Position numbers and translations under genes: made by a program
Shown: piece by piece, positions 46,544 through 55,617 of the stretch
How positions within the stretch are numbered: the stretch's first letter is position 1
Layout: each line of letters opens with the position of its first letter
The notes under the pieces: model-generated
What the model was told of the DNA's origin: nothing
The model's database searches: none
The model's input: only the letters and a program-made list of their open reading frames with translations
NCBI GenBank assembly: GCA_965240325.2
Contig: OZ251226.1
Coordinates: 558,001 to 622,000 of the forward strand
DNA length: 64,000 nt
DNA from: Rebecca billardiae RCC1528
Lineage: Eukaryota > Protista > Haptophyta
Direction: 5' to 3'

Positions 46544-46627
46544 TATGGCGGGCCGTAGGTCCGCCCCTTCTATCTCGCCTGCCTGAGCTGTGCGTACCTC
46601 TTATGGCGGGCCGTAGGTCCGCCCCTT
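46544..46627. repeat. Two exact 26-bp hairpin repeats separated by 32 bp
   Basis: TATGGCGGGCCGTAGGTCCGCCCCTT at 46544-46569 and 46602-46627. Confidence 0.9.
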
Positions 46628-48123
46628 GTAGTGCCCGGGGAAAAGATAAGAAAAAGGAAAAGAATAAAGAAAATCGCCCCGCAAAGAATTAAGAAAAGAA
46701 AATCGCCTGCTCACCGGGCGCCCTCGCAGCTCCCACTGGGGACGCTCGGCCGAAAAAGGTGTCGGCCATGGCGCGGAGCGCGTGGGCGGCGCGCGCCAAA
46801 TACAACGCCGGCGCGGACATCGTGAGAGGATTCTTTAGACGGGCTTTCGCCCGATTCGCGATTGCTGCCCTCGTCGTCTCGCGTGCAGGTCGAACGAGGG
46901 CCAAAGTCGACGCGTTTGGAGGTACGCTCGGCGCGTCGACACGATCGTGCGACCTGGGGCGGTCCTCGCCCGACTTGCACGTCGAGCGCTCGCACGGGCC
47001 ATAGTAGCCAGCGCTGCGCACGACAACCACCTCACGCGATCCACCGCCGCGCGTCGGGCTCGGTGCGGAAAGGCCCTCATCACGAGGTCTCTCGCGGGCG
47101 GGAAGCGCCATCGCACGCGACGCAAGATTTGGCGCGGCCTTCTGAACTCGATCCGGAATCCGCGCACCGGACTGTGGGTCGCGGTCCCTCGACCCTCAGC
47201 CGCCAGCCCACGTCCGACCTGCATGGCGTCGACGGTGACCAATGCGACGGAAGCGCAGCGCCAACGGCGTACGACGCGCAGCAGACGCGCCTCCCGGGTC
47301 TGTCGCCGTGGCAGCAACCGCGTCTTCGCGAGCTGGCGACCCTCGCCGCAGTGCGACACAGACAACCCCGTGATGCCATCCGCAGAGAGATGAATCGTCG
47401 AGCATGCAACATCGCCGCGTCATCCTCGTCCATGGCGCAGGCGCTGCGGGACGAGGCGGAAGTCGTCACGCCGGTGACGGATGCGCTGCGATTCGTGTGC
47501 CTGCGTGAGCAGCTCGTGCCCACTCTCGATCGCGAGTGGTACACGCTGTCGCTGTGCGCGCGCGCGCGCACAACCAACATGTCCTCGTGCCGCCAAACAT
47601 GCGGGCTCCAGACCTGTCGAAGAGGCAAAGAGCGACGACCGCGTGAACATCAACGCGCTCGTGCTCAGCGTGGCGGCAGTGTACGACGTCAACGCGACCT
47701 GCGCCGAGCCAATCATGCCCGGAGCGGACATCGGCAAGCGTCCTCGCGACGACCGCTCTCGGCTGGCGGCAGCAGGACATGCACACGATCTACTCTGGCG
47801 GCTTCGTCGGTGGCGAGGCGCTCGATTACGCCATCGCGGTCGAGATGCGGCACATACAGCGCGTACCCGCGCTCGCGCGGAGCAACGGGCTACCCGCCCC
47901 GCCCCGCGTGCTGCACATTCCCTCGTGGGTGTCGGCCTCGCTGATGCGCACGAATAACGCGTACCGCACCGCGTGGGAGAACTTCACAGGCCTGTCACTG
48001 GTCCGACTGTCCGTCACCCGGCCACGAGCGAATGCTGTGGAAAGACGCGAACCCGCAGAGGAAACATTGCGCGACAGCACTGGCACGGCCCGCCGACCCC
48101 CCCGCCCGCCACGGCACAGTTTA
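46602..48123 (-). mobile_element. Non-autonomous element family B, copy 2 (inverted relative to copy 1)
   Basis: Reverse complement aligns with 7039-8592; shared peptide fragments MAQALRDEAEVVTPVTDAL and IYSGGFVGGEALDYAIAV. Confidence 0.8.
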
Positions 48124-48287
48124 GTACTATTCAGGCAGCCTTTATTTATAGGATCTTAATACGTCTGTGCAGTGTGCTGCTGCCAAGTGCCATGGATATG
48201 ATATCCATGGATGACGATGATATAGACAGTAGTGCCTTGCTGCCCTTGAAGCGGGCCGCTTGGGTTCGTCGGGAACAATCCGGGCCA

Positions 48288-49985
48288 TCACTGCATTTTC
48301 TTCCAGGTCGCACGGATGTAGCCAAGCGCGGCACCCATGGTCGATTCCCCCACCGTCGGGTACGGGTGGATCACGCGCGCGATCTGGCCGATCCCCACGC
48401 CCGCCTGGATGGCGAGCGTGAGCTCGTGAATCAGGTCGCCCGCGTGCGCCGCCACGATGGTGCCGCCAAGGATTCTGTCCGAGCCCTTGGCGCACGTGAT
48501 CTTGACGAAGCCCTCGTTCTCCGAGTCGAGGATCGCACGGTCGTTGTGCTCCAGGGTGGCGGTGTACGTGTCGTACGCGACACTGCGGATGCGCGCGCAC
48601 CGCACGGCGTCACGGGTTGGCATCGCCGCGTGCGGGCGGCGCGCTGCGGCTCGCGTGATGGTGGGGGGGGGGGGGGGCAGTGTGCGCACGTGCGCGCACC
48701 CTTGTGCATCGAGACCGTGCTCGTAGTCTCCGACGTGCGCGACCTCAGGCATGGTGTACGTGCACCACGGCACGACGAGCTTCGACAGCCCCCACTCGTC
48801 GCCGAAGAGCGCGTTCTGCACCGCCATCTTGGCCATCTCGCCCGACATGTGCGTAAACTGGAAGGCGTGCGCGACGTCGCCGACGGCGAAGATGTTCGGG
48901 TTGGTGGTGCGGAGCAGGTCGTCGATCTGGACGCCGCGCTTCTCGTCGTACTGCACGCCCGCCGCCTCGAGGTTGAGCCCGCCCACGTTCGGCTTGCGCC
49001 CCGCCGCGACCAGCAGAGCTTCGCACGTGACCGTGCGCTCGGCGCCCTCCTTGGTCACGCAGTCGAGGGCAATTTCCGGAAACGTCCCGCCGTCGGCGGT
49101 GGTCGTCGTCTTGCCGGTGAGGTAGGCCTTCTTCACGGTGGTGTTGAGCGAGACGTCCAGGCCGTCGCGCACGAGCGCGTCGGCCACGAGCTGCGCCGCG
49201 TCCGCGTCCTCCTTCGAGAGCAGCTTGGGCCCGCGCACGAGCACGCTCACGTGCGAGCCGAAGACGGCAAAGCACTGCGCCATCTCGAGGCCGATCGGCC
49301 CGCCGCCGATCACGACCATGCGCGGCGGGAGCGAGGTGAGGTTGTACAGCGTCTCGTTGGTGAGGTAGGGCACCTCCGCGTACAGCGGCGGCGCGATCGG
49401 GCTGCCACCCGTCGCGATCACCGCCTTCTTGAACCGGATCTCGAAGGGCGCCGACGCGTCGGACGTCGGCGTGATGCGCACGCTCGTCGCGGACGTGAAC
49501 TCGGCGGTGCCGCCGAACATGTGCGTGCCGGCCGCGGCCGTGCCGGCGTACGAGTCAGCCGGCGCGATCGCCGCGCGCAGCCGGCGCGTGCGCGCCATGA
49601 TCTCGCCGAAGCGCACCTCGACCTCGCCGGAGATGTGCACGCCGAACGAGCCTGCGTTGCGAACCTCCTTGATGGCGCGCGCGCTGCGGATGAGCGCCTT
49701 GGACGGGACGCAGCCGACGTTGAGGCAGTCGCCACCGGCTAGGTGCTTCTCGATCAGCGCGGACTTGGCACCACGCCTCGCCGCCTGCTTGCTCGACACG
49801 AGCCCGCCCGCGCCCGCGCCGATCGCGACCAGGTCATACACGTCGTGCGGCGTGGGGTTGACCCAGTCCTTGGGCGCGACGTTGTTGAGGAGCGTCGCGT
49901 TGTGCTCGTCGAGGGGGGACACCTTGAGCTCGCTGGATGCGCGCGCGGCGTGCTCGGGGTCGCCGGCCTTCCACGGGGAGGTCAT
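48288..49985 (-). CDS. Class I pyridine nucleotide-disulfide oxidoreductase (mercuric-reductase-like, no C-terminal Cys-Cys); in-frame intron 48699-48583
   Basis: GAGAGG, GGDCLNVGCVPSK, VIATG, GGGPIGLE, FAVGD, IHPYPT. Confidence 0.9.
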   Translation of the reverse strand: MTSPWKAGDPEHAARASSELKVSPLDEHNATLLNNVAPKDWVNPTPHDVYDLVAIGAGAGGLVSSKQAARRGAKSALIEKHLAGGDCLNVGCVPSKALIRSARAIKEVRNAGSFGVHISGEVEVRFGEIMARTRRLRAAIAPADSYAGTAAAGTHMFGGTAEFTSATSVRITPTSDASAPFEIRFKKAVIATGGSPIAPPLYAEVPYLTNETLYNLTSLPPRMVVIGGGPIGLEMAQCFAVFGSHVSVLVRGPKLLSKEDADAAQLVADALVRDGLDVSLNTTVKKAYLTGKTTTTADGGTFPEIALDCVTKEGAERTVTCEALLVAAGRKPNVGGLNLEAAGVQYDEKRGVQIDDLLRTTNPNIFAVGDVAHAFQFTHMSGEMAKMAVQNALFGDEWGLSKLVVPWCTYTMPEVAHVGDYEHGLDAQGCAHVRTLPPPPPTITRAAARRPHAAMPTRDAVRCARIRSVAYDTYTATLEHNDRAILDSENEGFVKITCAKGSDRILGGTIVAAHAGDLIHELTLAIQAGVGIGQIARVIHPYPTVGESTMGAALGYIRATWKKMQ

Positions 49986-50130
49986 CTCGCGCGCGGGCGA
50001 GAAGGAAAGCCCGACGACGGCACGACGCAGGGTGGGCGCGGGCCAGACGGGCGCCGACCAGTGCGAGACCGTTCGGCGTTGGGCCGGACCTTTCGCCGAA
50101 AGATCGGGTCATGATTGATGACAGTACTGG

Positions 50131-50182
50131 TACAGTTTACTAAGTATAAGAGACGCACACAGCTCAGGCAGGCGAGATTGAC
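50131..50182 (+). repeat. Dispersed 52-bp motif (other copies 62238-62289; partial 36594-36620; reverse 46572-46604)
   Basis: TACAGTTTACTAAG(T/A)ATAAGAGACGCACACAGCTCAGGCAGGCGAGATTGAC; one mismatch between the two full copies. Confidence 0.9.
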
Positions 50183-50366
50183 AGTAGGATCAGGGACAGT
50201 CACAAGGTCTGGCACAGCTTCTGACCATCAGTCTCGGCGACGCTGGTAACACTGTCCATGAAGTGCATGCAGCGACTAGCTCCGTGCTGACAACGGCATG
50301 GAACGCGAGCGAAGTTCAAACAACATCATGTGACACGATGCATCATCAATGATGTAGAGCTTTGCA

Positions 50367-51995
50367 TCAATCAGCAGGCTGAGGCTGCCGGCTCGCGTGA
50401 GGGCGGGGGCGCACGCCTGCCCCGCGCGCCGGCTCCGCGCCAGCCCCGCCGTTCGCGTGCGCAGCCCGCGCCCCGTTGGGCTCATCCGCATCCTCGCCGC
50501 ACTCGACGCACGTGTCGTCCTTGAGCGCCGCCGCCGCCGCCGCGGAGGACGCGGTGGACGCCGTGCGCGCGATCTTGACGGCCGAGGAGGGCACGACCTC
50601 GACGCGCGCGCCGCCCTTCTGGTCGCCGTCGTCGGCGCACGCCTGCAGCCCGCGCTGCAGGACGTCCTCGTCGAGCCTGTGCTCGAAGCGCGGCGCGGGC
50701 CCCGTCGCCGCGATCAGCACGAGCACCGAGTCCTCCTCCTCTTCCTCCGCGCCCGCGCCCGCGCCGTGCGCCTCGTCAAAGTGGCCGCGCACCTCGCCGT
50801 GCACGCCCTGCACGACAAACGGCGCGCCCCTGCCCTCGATGCGCAGCGTGCCCTTCAGCCGGAAGAGCTCGGGCTCGTACGCCGTGACCACGTGCTGCAG
50901 CCACCGCTGGAGCGCCTCCAGGCGCAGCTCGCCGTGCACGCGCAGGCACACGGTCTGCGCGCCAAGCGTCTGATGCCTCTGCTCTGCAGCCGCGGCCGCG
51001 GCCGCCACGTGCACGGCGCGGGCCCTGAACGCACCGATCCCGAGGAGCCGGTGGAGCGGCGCGCGCGCGGGGTGGCAGGCGACGATCTCTGCCGCGGGCG
51101 CCTCCGTCCGGATCGCGCGCTCGACCAGCGCGCGCTCGCCGCTCGGCTCGCCGCCCGGCTCGCCGCTCGGCTCGCCGCCGCCGCCGCCGCCGCCGTCGAC
51201 GAGGTCGAACTTGGAGAGCACGACGACGTCCGCAAGCGCGACCTGGCGCGCGACCTCGGGTCGCGCGCGCGCACGCGCAAAGGGGCGGCCCTCGACGGGG
51301 AGGTGGCGATGCACGTTGGTGGCGTCGACCAGCGTGACCACGCCGTCCAGCACGAAGCGCGAGCGCGCCATCTCGTGCCGGAAGAGCAGGTGCACGATGG
51401 CGGTGGGGTCGGCGAGGCCGGACGTCTCGATCAGCATGTAGTCGTACAGCGACGGGTCCACCTCCGCCATGACGAGGAGCTTGTTGAGGATGCCCTCGAG
51501 CTCCGAGCCGGGGGACTCGCCGGAGCAGCACATGCAGCCGTTCTTCATCACCACCACCTCGGCGAGCGCGCCGTCCTGCATGCGCCCGGAGATGAGCGCG
51601 TGGTCGACGGACACGGCGCCAAACTCGTTCACGACGACAGCGACGCGGTAGCCGTGGTCGGGCGAGGAGAGGATGTGGTTGAGCAGCGTGGTCTTGCCCG
51701 CGCCGAGGAAGCCGGTGATGAGCGTGACGGGGATGCGCTTCCCCTCGCCCACGCCGCCCTCGCCCTCGCCGTCGGCGTCCGCACCCGGCCTCGTCGTGCA
51801 GCCGATGAGCTGCTGCGACTTCTCGAGCACACGCCGCAGGCGCATGCGCTGCGTGAGCACGACGAGGCACTGCGAGATGACAAACGACACCACAAGGAGT
51901 GCCACCAGGCCGCCGACCCCCGCCCAGCCCAGCTCTACCACAGCCTGCGGCAGCAGCGCGGACTGCGGCGCCTGCTGCTGGCTGAGAGGCGCCAT
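50367..51995 (-). CDS. CobW/COG0523 (ZNG1-like) G3E metallochaperone GTPase with an N-terminal TM segment
   Basis: PVTLITGFLGAGKTT, VNEFG, NGCMCCS, LIETSGLADP, SKFD, CobW_C-like LFRLKG..VVQGVH. Confidence 0.9.
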   Translation of the reverse strand: MAPLSQQQAPQSALLPQAVVELGWAGVGGLVALLVVSFVISQCLVVLTQRMRLRRVLEKSQQLIGCTTRPGADADGEGEGGVGEGKRIPVTLITGFLGAGKTTLLNHILSSPDHGYRVAVVVNEFGAVSVDHALISGRMQDGALAEVVVMKNGCMCCSGESPGSELEGILNKLLVMAEVDPSLYDYMLIETSGLADPTAIVHLLFRHEMARSRFVLDGVVTLVDATNVHRHLPVEGRPFARARARPEVARQVALADVVVLSKFDLVDGGGGGGGEPSGEPGGEPSGERALVERAIRTEAPAAEIVACHPARAPLHRLLGIGAFRARAVHVAAAAAAAEQRHQTLGAQTVCLRVHGELRLEALQRWLQHVVTAYEPELFRLKGTLRIEGRGAPFVVQGVHGEVRGHFDEAHGAGAGAEEEEEDSVLVLIAATGPAPRFEHRLDEDVLQRGLQACADDGDQKGGARVEVVPSSAVKIARTASTASSAAAAAALKDDTCVECGEDADEPNGARAAHANGGAGAEPARGAGVRPRPHASRQPQPAD

Positions 51996-53003
51996 TCGCA
52001 CAAGACGATGGCTGCGGAGTTCGTCCGGGCTCAACTCCAACTCCAAGGATGACCATCAAATACCATGCACGATGCAATACGGCCCTTGATGCAAGGGCCG
52101 TCACCATGGACGGGCTTTGAGATGAGGGAAGCGGTGCCAGCCATTGGCGCGTGGCTCGAGTCGACGGCTTCGAGCACTTGGCGTGCTGCACCTGCCGCCG
52201 AGCGCTGGCCGCGTGGCGCGCCGAAGAACACTTGACCGTGTGCGCGGGAGGGGTTGTCGTCGTCGTCGTGCCCGTGCGGTCGGTGTCGAACGTGTGCATC
52301 GTTTCGTTTCAAGAAGGAGCAGAGCAAACGTCGTAACGTCATTTTACTTGGAAATCCCTGCCGGTTCGTAAATTCTCACCATAACACGGCATTCGACTGA
52401 CTAAACAGTCATCATATTCGTTTGTGAAAAGTTTGTCGCGTATTCATTGGCGAAAAGTTTGGAGAAGGAGGTGGGTAACAGTATCATATTGATGCAGGTA
52501 GGGAGATGGTCCTGATTGAAGCGAACGGGCATCCGCTTGCAATTAGGTGCATCTTTGAGTAAAGAAACGGCATTTGGAGGGGGTAAATACTATTCCAAGA
52601 ACAATCTGTCCCGATCTCGACGACGCAAGGCTGATGAGATCGCGTCAAAAGATGAATAAAGATCCCGTCCGGCCGCCCGCGCGTTGTTTTCGATGCCTGC
52701 CCCTCCGCGACGTGCCGTTCTGGGCGCAGGCAACTCCGTCGCGCTGCTTTGTGGCGCGTCCGCCCGTTGCTTTCGCTCGGCCCGCGCTGGCGAAACGGCG
52801 CCAAGGTTCGCACGCACTCGCCCGCTCACCTGGAACGGCACGCCGACTCCCGTCTCTTGATGACGAGGTGCGCACGGGCACACGAGGCCTCGCACGCGGA
52901 CCAGGGCCGCTGCTACCTGCCGGCGTCCCCGCCGCACGCAATCGGCATTCGCCCGAGTGCGCGCGTTCCGCGCGCGTCTCTCGCCGGCGCGCAGGCATCG
53001 GCG

Positions 53004-53957
53004 ATGGCCATGCCCGCTCGTCGCGCCTTCTTCGCGGCCGTCTTCGCGCTCCTCTGCACATGCCCAACGGGCCACATCCGGCGATGGTCGCCAACACTCT
53101 CTGGGCGCCGCGTCGCGTCGCCGTCGGCGCGGCCGACGATCACGCGGGCTGGCGGGACTAGCGGCGCGGAGGGCGGACGCACAACGTACGCCAACGAGTA
53201 CGCCCACCGGCTCGCGCACGCCACCGCCTACCTGAAACCGCACATCACGCAAATCGCGAGCGCGCTGCGGTTTGCCGTCGAGGCGCACGACGGCCAGAAG
53301 CGGCAAAGCGGCGAGCCGTTCGTCACGCACCCGATCGAGGTCGCGTTGATACTTGCGTCCCTCAAAATGGACGCGGCGACGGTGATCGCTGGCCTGCTCC
53401 ACGACACGGTGGAGGACTGCGACCACGTGACGCTGGACGAGCTCCGCGCCAAGTTTGGCGTCGAGGTCGCGCGGATTGTCGAGGGCGAGACAAAGGTGTC
53501 CAAGCTGCACACCACGGGGAACAAAAAGTTCGATCAGCGGATGAACACGCGCGCCATGCTGCTCGCAATGGCCGAGGACTGGCGCATCATCGTCGTCAAG
53601 CTCGCCGACAGGCTGCACAACATGCGCACCATTCAGCACATGCCGGTGCACAAGCAGCGCCGGATTGCCGCGGAGACGCTCGACGTCTTCGTGCCGCTCG
53701 CGCGCACGCTTGGCATCAAGCCGCTCGAGGACGAGCTGCGGCAGCTGAGCCTATCCGCCTTCGCCTACGTCGTCGACGTCTCGCTCGCCCACCGCGACGC
53801 CCGCGGCGCGCAGAAGAGCGCGCTCGAGCAGCTGCTCGAGGAGGACTATGTCCTGCGCACGCGCCGCGTCGGCGACCGGCTGCAACAACACCGCGTCGCA
53901 TGGAACGCGCACTCGCTCGCCTGCCTGCCGAGCACGAGCATGCTCCCGGCCTTCTGA
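53004..53957 (+). CDS. RelA/SpoT-type HD hydrolase domain-only protein with a signal-peptide-like N-terminus
   Basis: AHDGQKRQSGEPFVTHP, AGLLHDTVED, IVEGETKVSK, VKLADRLHNMRT; no synthetase domain before the stop. Confidence 0.85.
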   Translation: MAMPARRAFFAAVFALLCTCPTGHIRRWSPTLSGRRVASPSARPTITRAGGTSGAEGGRTTYANEYAHRLAHATAYLKPHITQIASALRFAVEAHDGQKRQSGEPFVTHPIEVALILASLKMDAATVIAGLLHDTVEDCDHVTLDELRAKFGVEVARIVEGETKVSKLHTTGNKKFDQRMNTRAMLLAMAEDWRIIVVKLADRLHNMRTIQHMPVHKQRRIAAETLDVFVPLARTLGIKPLEDELRQLSLSAFAYVVDVSLAHRDARGAQKSALEQLLEEDYVLRTRRVGDRLQQHRVAWNAHSLACLPSTSMLPAF

Positions 53958-55617
53958 AACTACGCCTCCGGCCGCTGCCGCGCACGCCGCCGCCGCGCCG
54001 CACGCACCCGCGTGTGGCACGGGGTGGCGCCGTCGCGCCGCACCGCGCCGCGCAGCCGCGAGCAAGCCGCATCCCGTGGCTTGCCGCAGCTGCGGTCCGA
54101 CCCCCGCCTTTCTGTTGTCCAAGCCACCCGCTTGTCTGCACTGCATCAGCAACCACCTCGTGCCGCACTGCATCTTCTCCTCTCGGCACCACCCGCGTGC
54201 CGTTCCGTGCCTCCAGTCCGTTGCCGACATTGCCCAATGAGAGTGCCACCGTTCCTCCCGGACGAGCCTGGCCGTTTTGAGACGGTCAGCCAGCTCGCCG
54301 GGCCGCGCTCGGCGCAGGTCGCGCAGCCCACATCCCGCATCCGCCATGAGCCATGATGTCGTCATTCCATGCTGTCTAGCCACCACGATCCGGACGTCGT
54401 AGCAGTTGCGGGCCAGTCGAACGGCGGAGTTACGAGCGGTGCCGGCCGGTGGTCGCCGGCCGCGCCCGTCGCCGCGGCGCCCCCGGGCCCCCGGGCGCGG
54501 CGGGCCGGCGGCTCACGAGTCAGTCGAGTCACGGGCCCCTCCGCCGTCGGCGGCGAGACTCTGGAGTCTGATGGTGCCGTCTTGACGCCTGCCCACTGTT
54601 CATGACTGCGTCTGGAATCTTCGCGTCGCGACCCGCGAATAGAAAATCATCAGCCAAAAGGCAAAAGCCCAGCCGGGCAGCATCAAAATGATGAATAAAA
54701 AGGTACTACGTATTTATTTGCTGTGCGTTTAGCCCGCGCGCGTCCGAGTCACCGTTGGACAGCCTTGATTCGACGGGCCTCCCCTGATCCCTCCGCCTCC
54801 GGGGACGGTCCGGCTCCGCCCTCGCCGGGCTCTTCTGACTAGTCTGGCACTGTTCATTCAGTGTTCTGTTCCCTGGGGCTGGGTCACCGCGAGGCCCGCA
54901 GCCGGTGGTTCAAGTCCATGAAGTCCAACCGCAACGGCCAACGGAAGCCGCATCGGCCTGCGAAGGCCCATTTATTTATATATATACGATTTAGGCGGGC
55001 CCTGGATTTGGAAGGCGGGCGGCGGCGGCCGGCACCGAGTCCGAGACCGATGAGCAGTGGCATATATATAATCTGGTCTCTCAGACTCAGCGACTCTTAC
55101 TGGCCCTGGGACGCCTCGGGGCGTGCCCACAGCCCCAGGCCCCGCCACGGCCGCACGGGCCGACAGTCGTCAGTCGTCAGTCGACGCGGGCCGCGTCGGC
55201 GGTCGGACGCGGTACGGGCACGGTCGCCGGCCCGCGCGAGTCGCCGTCCGAGGCCCGAGCCCGCCAGGGCTGCGCTGTGAACGGTCCGAGAAGTGAAGAG
55301 TGACAAGTGACAGTGTAGTGATGACAGTGTGAATTGACAGTCGGTCTCGGTGACTGTGTGTGACTGTCACTGTGCCAGTGTGAGTCAAGTATACTAATCG
55401 GCTGTGAGCCCGTTATACTACAGTAAATAGTAATGCCATTCAGCCGCACAGTACGGGTCGGGCGTCGGCTGTCGCCGTTTGGCCCGTGCCGTACAGGCGG
55501 CGTACAGGGTCAGGGAGGGAGAACCGAGAAGCCAGTCTGGCTCATCACTTCATCATTCATGCCTCATGGACATGGACTCGGACCGACGGACTGTCGCCGC
55601 CAACAATCACACCCATC

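Noticed and set aside
46544-46627. True CRISPR array
   Set aside because: Only two repeats, no cas genes, eukaryotic context, and the repeat is the terminus of a dispersed element
48288-49985. Bona fide mercuric reductase merA
   Set aside because: Lacks the C-terminal Cys-Cys pair and NmerA domain; no other mer genes
50144-50154. Nextera/Tn5 mosaic-end contamination (GTATAAGAGAC)
   Set aside because: Only 11 bp match; the second copy reads GAATAAGAGAC and the shared motif extends well beyond the adapter sequence
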